Positions 44,801 to 53,478 are shown, counted from the stretch's first letter. The stretch: 64,000 bases of DNA from an uncultured Clostridia bacterium (GCA_946550725.1 CAMNQX010000009.1:69-64068), one strand, 5' to 3'. The notes: generated by a model from the sequence alone, not told the origin. Program-made: numbers and translations.

Positions 44801-47800
44801 AATAACCTCCATCCCGGCGCGAAGGCCCAGCTGGACATGGCCAAGATGCTCTTCAAGGGGATCGGCCTGTGGGATGAGGATAACCCCATTTCCAATCTTG
44901 ATTATGTCCTGACCACCGCTGAGACTGACCCCACCAGTGTCCGCGGCGCGCTGACGCATGAGACGGGAACTTTGACCCTGAACGTCGGCGCCCTGGGCGG
45001 CGGTCTGGGGGAGATCACCCTCACCGCCACCAACGCGGCGGGCCAGAGCTGGAGCGTCACCGCCAAGGCGGGGACGGATCCCGCGTTGACCCTGCCTGAC
45101 GGCACCTACACCGTGACCGCCTCCGGCATCAAGACCAGCGAGGCCAAGACGGTGACCTTTGCGTCGGCGGAGGTGAAGGTCGGCCAGAGCGCGCCGCCCA
45201 TTGAGATCGAGACCAGTGGCTATCCCGAACCCGACGCGAGCAAGGTGCAGAACTATCTGGACTTTGGCGCTACTTGGGTCAGCGTGACCGCTCCCGCCGC
45301 TTTGGAGCTGCATGGCGTCTCCGGTAGCACCTTTACCAAAGACACCGACGGCATTGATTCCGGCGTGTACGGGATCTTGGATTCCACCCCCGGCGACGGG
45401 GGCGCTGCCCGCTGGATGCACGTGGACGGCAACGTGACCAACCAGTGCAGCGGTGAGCCGAATACTCATGTTGCTGCCCACAGCTTTACCTTTACCTACA
45501 ATGCCGAGAAAAAGGCGTATACCATCCAGAGCGTCAGCACCGGCAAGTACCTGACCCAGACCCGCAGCGGCAGCCAGTTCGCGGTGAACGACACGCCCAC
45601 CTGGTTCTATGTCTCTCCGGTTGACCCGGAAAACAACGACGGCACGTATTACATCTGGTGGGAGACCGAGCCGCAGTTGGGCGGCGCCATCAGCGAGATG
45701 TTCAACGCCGAGCCGGGCAACACCTGGGTGTTTACCGGCGGTGTGGATGTGGCGGGCCAGTTTGACCAGACCCGGGGCAGACGGAACTTCGCGGGCCACT
45801 TTGAGGAGCACGCCCGCTGGAATACAAGGAACAATTTGGTCGGCGACGAGAACGCCGTGGGCGGCTTCAGCCCCTCCAGACAACGCTATGTGATCAACAC
45901 CGCCTACAAGGGCCTGGATTTGCATACAGTCGTCAGCGAGGACGGCTGGGCCGAGCGGGTGACGGCCTTCGCCCCCCGGGCCGTGACCTACATGGTGGGC
46001 GAGGAGGACAAGGATTCCGCGTCCTTTGAAACCGACCTGGCCGCCTTCATCGACAAGGCCACCGCCCTGCGGAACGGAAACGGCTTTGCCGTCATCATGA
46101 AGTCCTACGACAGCGCTTTGGCCGACCTGAACGCCAAGGTGGACGGCGTGGTAGAAGAGTATCGAACCACCGCGGCCCGGAAGTACAGCCACATCGTTGT
46201 GGTGGACGCACCCACCCTGACCACGGCTCAGATGACCGCCGACGGTCACCCCAACGCTGACGGCCACATAGAGCTGGGCCGCAATCTGGCGGTGGCGGTG
46301 GGCGGCTCGGCCAATAACTTCCCCAGCAACGCCCAAAACCGCTATACCGAGGCGGCCATGCCCACCTTTAATAAGGAGGTCACACCCACGGTGGCGTGGA
46401 CCGAAGAGGGCAACATGACCATCAGCGGCCTGACCGGCGAATTTGCCTATCAGGTGAAGCTGGCAAGCGGCGTGACCGTGTCCGGCACAGGCACGAATAC
46501 CGCCACCGTCACCGATCTGCCTGACGGGGAGATCTACTCCCTCATTACCCGCACCGCCAACGGCTTGACCCAGTACCAGACCGTCACCGGCCTGGTGGGC
46601 GGCGGCGAAGTCCCGGCCAAGACCGGCGAGCAGAAGAAGATCGCCGACCTGCTGGCGACCCATTCCAACGACGACCCCCTGACCTGGCTCTTTGTGGGCG
46701 ACTCCATCACCCACGGCATTCTCGTGAGCGGCTATGACTCCGCGCCTCAGCTGATGGAGGAGTATCTGGACACCATCGGCCGGACGAAGGACGTGGTGGT
46801 GAACGCCGGCGTGTCCAGCGCCACCACAGCCAGCACGCTGAACGCTAAGGCATATCGCCTGGAGCCCTTCACCGCCGATGTGGCGATCATCATGCTGGGC
46901 ACCAACGACTGCTCCACCAACCTGACGGGCAACAAGGCCATCTCCAAGGAGACGTACAAGGAGAATTTGGGGAAGATCGTGGATGCCATTCGGGCCAACA
47001 ACCCCAACGCGATCATCGTCATGCGTACCCCCACCGGCTTCTGGGATGACAGGCATCCCCAGATGAGCGAGTATGTGGCCCAGTTGAAGGCCTTTGCGGA
47101 GGAGCAGGGCCTGATCCTGGTGGACCAGATGACGGCTACCCAGCACGCCATCAACACCTATCCCTGGAGCAAGAGCGGCGCCCAGTTCTATGGCGACAAC
47201 CTCCACCCCGGCGTGGTGGGCCAGCTGAAGATCTTCCAGATGCTCATTCGGGAAATGGGTCTGTGGAATGACGACAACGAGATCTGCAACCTGGACTACC
47301 TCTGGACGGGCATGACCACGGAGAACTCTGCCACCGTCGTCAGCGACGCGGTGCGCACCAACGGCAGCAAGCTGATCCTGTCGCCCGGCACGCTGGACGC
47401 GAATCTGGGACGCACCACCCTCACCGCCACCAATGAGGCGGGCCAGAGTTGGTCTGTCACCGCCGAGGCGGGGGAGACGCCCAGCCTGACCCTGCCCGAC
47501 GGCACGTATACCGTCGCCGCCACCGGCGTGATGAAGAACACGGCCAAGACGGTGACCTTTGCCGCTGCGCAGGTGGAGATCGACGCCAACGCCGAACCGG
47601 AAAAGCTGCCCGCGCCGGCGGAACCCAAGGCCTATGAGTATGTACTGACCAGCGGTGAGCTGACCCCCGGTATTTATGCCATCGTGGCCGGCACCTCGGA
47701 GGACGCAAATAACTATCCCCGCTCCATGCACTACTGGACGGACGCCAGGACCAACCTGGATCAGTGCAGCAGCGGCGTTCCCGCCAACGCGGAGAAGGTG

Positions 47801-50800
47801 GCGTTCAGCGACATTTCCGCGAACCATCTCTGGAACGTGGAAAAGAAGGCGAACGGCAAGTATACCTTCGCGGCGGTGGCCGCTGAGGGCAATTACCTCA
47901 CCGGCGGCGCGGCAGGAGCGTTGACCCGGGGAACGGAAGCCACCGAGTTTACCGTAGCGGCGCGCGCGGGCAGCGGCTATGACCTGAGTTGGGAAAACGG
48001 CGGAACCACATACTATCTCAACTGGGCGCAGACCCATAGCCCCCGCTGGTACGGTGCGGAGAGCCAATACCAGATCAACCTCTACCGCCAGACGGAGGCT
48101 GCTCTGGAAGTGGCCGAGACCCACATCACCGGCGAGAACACCGAGCCCATGAACGTGGATAACCCCGACAGCTACTACCGCATCCCGTCGTTGATCACTC
48201 TGTCCAACGGCTGGATCATGGCCGCCTCGGACATTCGGTGGTACACCACCTTTGACTCTCCCAACAATTTGGACACCATCGTCTCCATTTCCAAGGACGG
48301 CGGCGAGACCTGGGAGTATGAAGTCGTGAACTATATGCCCGACTACGCCAACACCAAGAACCTTCAGGTGACTTACGGCGCCAATAAGGGCGGCAGCGCC
48401 TCCTTCATTGATCCCTCCGCAGTTCAGGACAGCAACGGCACCGTCTATCTGCTGGTGGATCTCCAGTCGCCCTACATCAACGGCGGCAAGAACGGAACCG
48501 GGTTTGACGCCCAGGGCCGTCTGCAGATCGGCTACATTGCCAATCCCAGCACGTACACCAATGTTGACGCCATCGGCAGCTACGATTACTATGTGGATCT
48601 CAACAACGCTGAGGCCGGGGCGAGCCAGACGGTGAACATGACTGCCCTGAACGGCGCGCAAGACGCGGCAGTGAAGCTGTGGCCCATCTGCGCCACGGCG
48701 GATGACAGCGTGACCGGCTACTATGTGGACGCCTTCTTCAACACCTATTACGACTATGGAGAGGACGGCTTCATGCCTGTACTCGCGGTGCAGCACGATG
48801 GCACAAAGCTCATCCACAACAACCTGTTCTACACCCAGTCCAGCTGGAGAGCCTTCCCCACCGCCTTTATCATGCTTCGCAAGGCTACCGTCACCGCCGA
48901 CGGTCTGTCCTGGGGCGAACCCTATCTGCTCAACGACCAGATCAAGAGTGCTGCCGAGGGATTCATCGGCGTGTGCCCGGGCCGTGGCGTCACCGTCACC
49001 GTGACGGTGGACGGCGCGCAGAAGGAGCGCATCATCTTCCCCCTGTATGATAACAGCACCGGCACGGAGATGGCCAGCGTCATTTATTCCGACGACGGCG
49101 GCGTGACTTGGACGCGGAGCCAACGGGTGCCCACGGGCAATACCGGCAAGACCAGCGAATCTCAGATCGTCGTGCTGCCCGACGGCAACGGCGGGACCTT
49201 CCTGCGGATGTATTCCCGCAACGTTGCCCCCTGCATCAGCTATGCCGACAGCACCGACGGCGGCGCCACCTGGACGACCTCCACGCAGGACAGCAACCTG
49301 AATGGGGACAACAGAACAAATGGCTGCATGGTGTCCTTTATCAACCTGGAAGGCGTAGTCCGCGGTCCCGACGGAACGGTCTATGAGAACCTGGTCCTTG
49401 CCTCCTATCCCCAGGGCCTCCACAATGGTACGAGGAAGCGCACTAACGGCACCATCCGTTTGGGTTCCTTCAACGAGGAGACGCAGACCATGGCGTGGCT
49501 CAATGAGGAGACCGTCCGCTATAACATCGACTACCTCTACTCCTGCCTGACCCAGAAGCGGGCGGGGACTCCCGCGGTCGCTACAGAGGGGATCGGATTG
49601 CTGTATGAGACCGAGGGTGTGGAGGCCAACGCCGCCGGGCAGAAGTATACGGACATCGTGTACGATGACTTTACTGTCACCGAGCTCATGGGCGACGGCT
49701 GGGAATGGGCGCTGACGGAAGAGGGCCTGTCTCCCTTTGAGCCGGTGGTACCCACCCTGCCGGACGGAGCGGTCTGGGCCTATGTGAGCTTCACCTCCGG
49801 GACGCCCGGCCCGAACGCTGGCTGGGGCACCAGCGCGGAGCCGTACGGCATCACCCTCTACAAGGAGAGCGCCACGGGCACCGACGGAGAAAAGGTCACC
49901 AGCATGACCGACGGGGTCTATAAGCTCTGGTCCGGCAACCGCTGGATGCATGTGGACAATACGAATAACAAGGATCAGACCAACCAGTGTACCGGGAACG
50001 AAGAAGACGCCCACAAGTTCCGCTTCGCCAGCACCGGCGACGGCTATTACACCATCAAGAGCGTGGCCAGCACCAGCCAGGACCGCTACCTGAACATCGG
50101 CGAGCTTGGCAGCTATAATCAGCTTCCCTGCACGGAGACCCCCACCAAGTTCGTGGTGGAGAAGGTGGACGGGCAAGACGGGGCGTTCTATATCAAGGCC
50201 GCGACCTATCCGACCATCCAGTTCAAGAACCCTGTCACCACAGGTATTAACCAGACCCTGACCTATCAGCAGGTGACGGAGCGCAGCGACGTTAAGGGCG
50301 ACGGGACGATGTACGTGGTCGTGGCCCCCAACGTCAACGGCGGCTCCCGCACCCTCTATAACAGCAGCAGCGACGGCGGACGCACCGACCAGTATTCCAC
50401 CACGCTGACCGAGAACGAGACCCGCGTGACGCTGGGCGGGGACGTGAGCCGGCAGACTTGGGCGATCCAGCCCGCCGAGAGCGGCTACAAGCTGGTGAGC
50501 TGCCAGAGCAGCACCAACAGAGTGTATTTGACCACCACGGCCACGGGCAGCCAGCTTGCGCTGAACGCCACGGGCAGCGTGTTCACCGTGGAGGCCGGGA
50601 CAACGGCCGGGACCTTCTACCTGAAGTCCGGCACCCAGTACCTGTCGTGGAACGGCGGCTGGCAGATGGCAAGCGCTCCCTTCGCCATGAAGCTGTATAC
50701 GCCGGTGCTGGAGACCCTGGACCTCACCGGACGGGAAGAGGCGCAGCTCCTGTTCAGCGGCACGGGCAGCGACCAGCCCTGTGAGCCCGGCCTGGGCGGC

Positions 50801-53431
50801 AGCCAGCAGTTCCGCATCCCCGCGCTCATCACCCTGTCCAACGGCTGGCTGGTGGCGGCGGCGGACGTGCGCTGGAGCCACGGCCGGGATAACCCCAGCA
50901 ACCTGGAAACCATCGTCTCCGTCTCCAAGGACAACGGCCAGACCTGGGACTGGGAGTTCGTCAACTACTTCGGTGATTACGCCAACACCGCCGACGACAG
51001 GCTGAGCACAGCGTTCATCGACCCGGCGCTGATCCAGGATCCCGCCACGGGCAAGGTTTGGATGCTGGTGGACGTGACCTCCGCCGACGGCAAGGGCACC
51101 TCCGGCAGCACCGGCTTTGACAGCCAGGACCGCCTGCTGGTGGCCCACGTGCCGGCGTATGTGAACCAGAAGGCCCCCGGCGACGCCGGCCTGTATACCT
51201 ACTACATGAGCAAGGTAGGAACGGAGTTCACGGTGAACGGCGAGACTGTCACCCTCTATCCCATCGAAAGCTCTACCGGCGCCACCGACTGCGACGGCCT
51301 CTATGTGGACGCGTTCTACAACATCTACCATGTGAACGGCAATACCGTCCAGCGGGAGATGGTGGCGCAGTACGGCAGCGACAAGATCGTGCAGGATAAC
51401 CTGTTCTTCCGGCAGTCCGAGTGGAGGGTGTTCCCCACCTGCTTCCTGATGCTCCGCAGCGCGGAGGTCAACGAGACCACCGGCAAGCTGGAGTGGAGCG
51501 ATCCCATTCTCACCAACCTGCGGGGTACGACTCCGGGCGCCGGAGCGGCCTTCTTCGGCGCGGGTCCCGGCCGGGGCTTTATCGCCGATGACGGGCGCAT
51601 CCTCTTCCCGGTGTACGACAATGTGGGCGGCGAGCATGCCAGCGCCATCTACTCCGACGACCACGGCGTCACCTGGCAGCGCGGCGGCCGCGCCCAGAAC
51701 ACGGTGGGCCAGAAGACCAGCGAATCTCAGATCATCCGCCTGCCTGACGGCTCCCTGCGGATGTACTCCCGCAACCGCGGCCGGTATGTGGGCTACAGCG
51801 ACAGCACCGACGGCGGTGTGACCTGGGGCGAGACCAAGCTGGACGAAGGGTTGGCTTACTGCGGCAACTGCATGGTCTCCGTGATCAATGTGGAAGGAAA
51901 GCTGACCGATCCCGACGGCAACGTCTATGAGAATATCATCATGGCGTCCTATCCCGAGGGCAACGGAAACTACAATCCCGGCGAGGCGTGGAGCTATCGC
52001 GACACCGGCGCGGTGCGCTTTGGTTCCGTCAGCACCGAAGAAGGCCACCCGGTCACCTGGCTGGGCGAGGTGAAGCAGCTGCTGGGTACGGCGGGCTTCG
52101 TGTACTCCTGCCTGACCCAGCTGCAGGTGGACGGCAAGGCCTCCGACCGTTTCGGCTGGCTCTACGAGCCGTGGAACGTGATCAACTATGTGACCTATAA
52201 GGAACTGACCGTGGAAGAGGTTCTGGGCGAGGGCTGGACGCTGACGGTGGATGACGACGAGCCTGTGGTCCACACCTATACCGTGAACGACATCGCCGAC
52301 CAGACCTATACCGGCGCGGCCATCGAGCCGGTGATCACCGTCCTGCGGGACGGGGAGGTCATGACCGGGGGCTACACGGTGACATACCGCGACAACACCG
52401 CCGTGGGCACCGCCACCGTGACCGTGCTGGTGGACGGCGTGGCGGTGGCGACCAAGACCTTTGCGATCGTGGCCGCGCCCGAAGAGCCGGACGGCCTGCG
52501 CGATGCGGTGGTGACGGTGAGTCCCACCTCCGTGACCGCCGGCGAGACCGTGACCGTGACTGTGACCGGGATCCCCGCTGACGTGACCGGCGTGACGCTG
52601 ACAAAGGACGGGGACGAGGTGGTCCTGACCAAGGATGAAAACGGCGTGTATACAGGCTCCACGACCGCGCCTGCGGGCAGCGGGCTGCGCACCCTCGTCT
52701 TTATCCTGAGTGCGGATAACTGCGATGTCAGACGGATGGATGTGACCGTCACTCTGACGGAGAGCGGCACCGGTGGCAGCACCGGCGGAACCGGCGGCGG
52801 CACCCGTCCCGTCACGCCGCCTGAGGAGGACCTGAACGATCCCGACGTGCCTCTGGCGGACCGTCCCCAGATCTTTGAGGACGTGAAGGACAGCGACTGG
52901 TTCTATGACGCGGCCCAGTTCGTGGCACAGAAGGGTCTGATGCGCGGCGTGTCCGAGACCGAATTCAAGCCGGAGATGAACACCACCCGCGGCATGATCG
53001 TGACCATCCTCTACCGCATGGAGAACGAGCCTGAGGTGGAGCCGACCAAGTTCCTGGACGTGTCCCAGACCGCCTGGTACGGCAACGCCGCCGCCTGGGG
53101 CGAGAAGACGGGCATCGCCAAGGGCATGTCTGACGGCAACTTCTACGCCATGAACGACGTGACCCGGGAGCAGCTGGCGGCGTTCCTGTTCCGCTTCGCG
53201 GAGTACCGCGGCTACGACGTGACTGCCCGGGGCGACCTGACTGCCTTCTCTGACGGCGGATCGGTCTCCAGCTGGGCGGAGGACGCCATGAGCTGGGCGG
53301 TGGCCACGGGCCTCATCAAGGGCAAGGGCGCGGCTGGACTCGATCCCACGAGCACGGCCACCCGCGGCGAAGTCGCGACCATCCTGATGCGGTTCTGCCA
53401 AACCGTAGAAGGGGAAGCGGAAGCCGAATAA
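41714..53431 (+). CDS. Giant (3905 aa) secreted, SLH-anchored multidomain glycan-processing protein. Order: lectin-like modules, 2 x (degenerate SGNH + canonical SGNH esterase), 2 x GH33 sialidase, Ig-like domains, 3 SLH domains.
   Basis: An AGGGAG Shine-Dalgarno lies 10 nt upstream. The signal peptide is MKSKTWKRLLACVLALVMVVGMLPISALA. See the domain sub-features for FRIP and Asp-box motifs, GDSITH/GTNDC/DxxH motifs and SLH repeats. Confidence 0.95.
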   Translation: MKSKTWKRLLACVLALVMVVGMLPISALAAWVDDVPLAAAPAGEEVQVAAPEAGTSRDSAQTLAGETYTPEVAKAEGKEVHYLAFDAAGFTNGTTATALTIQNASGVAISTAPATGTGYRIVCGNQIMSAIYTSGSEKVTFRSANNNIPASGTGYQFKLLAGANGGYKIQSQNNTAYYLTHGIKENVTLGANPAFNAYILNTTGEEFFITPVTDGSDGSYHVWYAVEPQQTPYTPDKAEADGLDVHYFAKYTNGWTIQDEAATVTVKNGDTAVTGELSADAQYQIYDGSVVLNAPYTNAGAGVTNVTAQGISTDFDFVPVENSNGAYQIKPHSSELYLTHTVVDFNLSNKAWKGIQLAGVGETFYITPANDPNDGTYYIWYTTERVTPPEPEETIEHHQPTEGMVQYYLKKEGGWVGSTTASDVKLATNNGADQCSAEDIDSGIYGIWSLTHWMHVADSTVNYCTTWGGHNDQHSFRFAYDATAKGYTIQSQSTGKYLRAERGTLSMGDAGTIFYIDKVSGTNFYHVWWESEIRPGEAISGMFDAAPDNTWVFTGGEDVAGGWAQTGGQRNFMGHFEEYVRWTYAQSGYRDSTTKERYTVNTAYAGLTLADIVGYWNKYVAKYDPRAAVYMVGAEDKDDASFSEHLTAFINSAIALREDNGFAVIIKSYDSSLSALNTAVDTAVDGLKSDTAKFNRVVVVNTALTDAQLADDGHPNAAGHLELSKQLVMAACSNGSTGGNYPGGIGIKSFQTADAPETYDTEKVPTVSATEGTMTITLAGVDAFHYELRLNNGVTISGTGADGSATVTDVPENVGYTLVTRSTDGATQYKTVTTVEAELSTLQRTLVDKVNDKTTPLTWLFMGDSITHACHWLGGYDSVAQLTEDFLGTIGRDKDVVINTAVSSATTTSTLDNIQYRLNQFPAPDVASIMLGTNDCGGIDAATTYKTNLNSIITAIRAKNPNAIIILRSPTGNWTPRAVGPYCEAMKEVAEEQNCIYIDQYTETQGMLDTYSSWIRNNTANFPNQVYYGNNLHPGAKAQLDMAKMLFKGIGLWDEDNPISNLDYVLTTAETDPTSVRGALTHETGTLTLNVGALGGGLGEITLTATNAAGQSWSVTAKAGTDPALTLPDGTYTVTASGIKTSEAKTVTFASAEVKVGQSAPPIEIETSGYPEPDASKVQNYLDFGATWVSVTAPAALELHGVSGSTFTKDTDGIDSGVYGILDSTPGDGGAARWMHVDGNVTNQCSGEPNTHVAAHSFTFTYNAEKKAYTIQSVSTGKYLTQTRSGSQFAVNDTPTWFYVSPVDPENNDGTYYIWWETEPQLGGAISEMFNAEPGNTWVFTGGVDVAGQFDQTRGRRNFAGHFEEHARWNTRNNLVGDENAVGGFSPSRQRYVINTAYKGLDLHTVVSEDGWAERVTAFAPRAVTYMVGEEDKDSASFETDLAAFIDKATALRNGNGFAVIMKSYDSALADLNAKVDGVVEEYRTTAARKYSHIVVVDAPTLTTAQMTADGHPNADGHIELGRNLAVAVGGSANNFPSNAQNRYTEAAMPTFNKEVTPTVAWTEEGNMTISGLTGEFAYQVKLASGVTVSGTGTNTATVTDLPDGEIYSLITRTANGLTQYQTVTGLVGGGEVPAKTGEQKKIADLLATHSNDDPLTWLFVGDSITHGILVSGYDSAPQLMEEYLDTIGRTKDVVVNAGVSSATTASTLNAKAYRLEPFTADVAIIMLGTNDCSTNLTGNKAISKETYKENLGKIVDAIRANNPNAIIVMRTPTGFWDDRHPQMSEYVAQLKAFAEEQGLILVDQMTATQHAINTYPWSKSGAQFYGDNLHPGVVGQLKIFQMLIREMGLWNDDNEICNLDYLWTGMTTENSATVVSDAVRTNGSKLILSPGTLDANLGRTTLTATNEAGQSWSVTAEAGETPSLTLPDGTYTVAATGVMKNTAKTVTFAAAQVEIDANAEPEKLPAPAEPKAYEYVLTSGELTPGIYAIVAGTSEDANNYPRSMHYWTDARTNLDQCSSGVPANAEKVAFSDISANHLWNVEKKANGKYTFAAVAAEGNYLTGGAAGALTRGTEATEFTVAARAGSGYDLSWENGGTTYYLNWAQTHSPRWYGAESQYQINLYRQTEAALEVAETHITGENTEPMNVDNPDSYYRIPSLITLSNGWIMAASDIRWYTTFDSPNNLDTIVSISKDGGETWEYEVVNYMPDYANTKNLQVTYGANKGGSASFIDPSAVQDSNGTVYLLVDLQSPYINGGKNGTGFDAQGRLQIGYIANPSTYTNVDAIGSYDYYVDLNNAEAGASQTVNMTALNGAQDAAVKLWPICATADDSVTGYYVDAFFNTYYDYGEDGFMPVLAVQHDGTKLIHNNLFYTQSSWRAFPTAFIMLRKATVTADGLSWGEPYLLNDQIKSAAEGFIGVCPGRGVTVTVTVDGAQKERIIFPLYDNSTGTEMASVIYSDDGGVTWTRSQRVPTGNTGKTSESQIVVLPDGNGGTFLRMYSRNVAPCISYADSTDGGATWTTSTQDSNLNGDNRTNGCMVSFINLEGVVRGPDGTVYENLVLASYPQGLHNGTRKRTNGTIRLGSFNEETQTMAWLNEETVRYNIDYLYSCLTQKRAGTPAVATEGIGLLYETEGVEANAAGQKYTDIVYDDFTVTELMGDGWEWALTEEGLSPFEPVVPTLPDGAVWAYVSFTSGTPGPNAGWGTSAEPYGITLYKESATGTDGEKVTSMTDGVYKLWSGNRWMHVDNTNNKDQTNQCTGNEEDAHKFRFASTGDGYYTIKSVASTSQDRYLNIGELGSYNQLPCTETPTKFVVEKVDGQDGAFYIKAATYPTIQFKNPVTTGINQTLTYQQVTERSDVKGDGTMYVVVAPNVNGGSRTLYNSSSDGGRTDQYSTTLTENETRVTLGGDVSRQTWAIQPAESGYKLVSCQSSTNRVYLTTTATGSQLALNATGSVFTVEAGTTAGTFYLKSGTQYLSWNGGWQMASAPFAMKLYTPVLETLDLTGREEAQLLFSGTGSDQPCEPGLGGSQQFRIPALITLSNGWLVAAADVRWSHGRDNPSNLETIVSVSKDNGQTWDWEFVNYFGDYANTADDRLSTAFIDPALIQDPATGKVWMLVDVTSADGKGTSGSTGFDSQDRLLVAHVPAYVNQKAPGDAGLYTYYMSKVGTEFTVNGETVTLYPIESSTGATDCDGLYVDAFYNIYHVNGNTVQREMVAQYGSDKIVQDNLFFRQSEWRVFPTCFLMLRSAEVNETTGKLEWSDPILTNLRGTTPGAGAAFFGAGPGRGFIADDGRILFPVYDNVGGEHASAIYSDDHGVTWQRGGRAQNTVGQKTSESQIIRLPDGSLRMYSRNRGRYVGYSDSTDGGVTWGETKLDEGLAYCGNCMVSVINVEGKLTDPDGNVYENIIMASYPEGNGNYNPGEAWSYRDTGAVRFGSVSTEEGHPVTWLGEVKQLLGTAGFVYSCLTQLQVDGKASDRFGWLYEPWNVINYVTYKELTVEEVLGEGWTLTVDDDEPVVHTYTVNDIADQTYTGAAIEPVITVLRDGEVMTGGYTVTYRDNTAVGTATVTVLVDGVAVATKTFAIVAAPEEPDGLRDAVVTVSPTSVTAGETVTVTVTGIPADVTGVTLTKDGDEVVLTKDENGVYTGSTTAPAGSGLRTLVFILSADNCDVRRMDVTVTLTESGTGGSTGGTGGGTRPVTPPEEDLNDPDVPLADRPQIFEDVKDSDWFYDAAQFVAQKGLMRGVSETEFKPEMNTTRGMIVTILYRMENEPEVEPTKFLDVSQTAWYGNAAAWGEKTGIAKGMSDGNFYAMNDVTREQLAAFLFRFAEYRGYDVTARGDLTAFSDGGSVSSWAEDAMSWAVATGLIKGKGAAGLDPTSTATRGEVATILMRFCQTVEGEAEAE
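43330..43920 (+). other. SGNH-like module A1 with substituted catalytic blocks (approximate boundaries).
   Basis: Block I is WVFTGGEDVAG (GGE where the B modules have GDS). Block III is MVGAEDKD (GAED instead of GTND). Block V, DDGHPN, is retained. Confidence 0.6.
44270..44880 (+). other. Canonical SGNH/GDSL esterase module B1 (approximate boundaries).
   Basis: LTWLFMGDSITHA (block I), IMLGTNDC (block III) and GNNLHPG (block V His). Confidence 0.8.
45690..46290 (+). other. SGNH-like module A2 with substituted catalytic blocks (approximate boundaries).
   Basis: WVFTGGVDVAG (GGV instead of GDS), MVGEEDKD (GEED instead of GTND) and ADGHPN retained. Confidence 0.6.
46670..47290 (+). other. Canonical SGNH/GDSL esterase module B2 (approximate boundaries).
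   Basis: LTWLFVGDSITHG, IMLGTNDC and GDNLHPG (DxxH). Confidence 0.8.
48130..49720 (+). other. GH33 exo-alpha-sialidase catalytic domain 1 (approximate boundaries).
   Basis: FRIP-type motif YYRIPSLITLSNGW. Asp boxes SKDGGETW, SDDGGVTW and STDGGATW. Also TSESQIVVLPDG and the nucleophile-Tyr context YLYSCLTQ. Confidence 0.85.
50790..52200 (+). other. GH33 exo-alpha-sialidase catalytic domain 2 (approximate boundaries).
   Basis: FRIPALITLSNGW. Asp boxes SKDNGQTW, SDDHGVTW and STDGGVTW. Also TSESQIIRLPDG and FVYSCLTQ. Confidence 0.85.
52866..53400 (+). other. Three S-layer homology (SLH) domains forming a cell-wall anchor.
   Basis: FEDVKDSDWFYDAAQFVAQKGLMRG...TRGMIVTILYR, then FLDVSQTAWYGNAAAWGEKTGIAKG...TREQLAAFLFR, then FSDGGSVSSWAEDAMSWAVATGLIKG...TRGEVATILMR. 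Confidence 0.9.
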
Positions 53432-53447
53432 GGAAACAACGAAAGAA

Positions 53448-53478
53448 GGGGTACGGGCGCAAGCCCGTACCCCTTTTT
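53448..53478 (+). terminator. Rho-independent terminator of the giant gene.
   Basis: GGGGTACGGGC-gcaa-GCCCGTACCCC followed by TTTTT. A second hairpin (TCCCAAAGG...CCTTTGGGA, 53484-53510) follows. Confidence 0.85.

Noticed and set aside
41696-53401. 3901-aa ORF on the minus strand, antisense to the giant surface-protein gene.
   Set aside because: It is in exact codon register with the plus-strand gene (53399 and 41714 are congruent mod 3). Its stop codons could therefore only arise from sense TTA, CTA or TCA codons, and the sense gene uses none of these in about 3,900 codons. The translation is a low-complexity G/A/V/H/R-rich string without any recognisable motif, signal or ribosome-binding site. 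The plus strand has a Shine-Dalgarno, signal peptide and GH33, SGNH and SLH motifs. It is a shadow ORF produced by GC3-biased codon usage.
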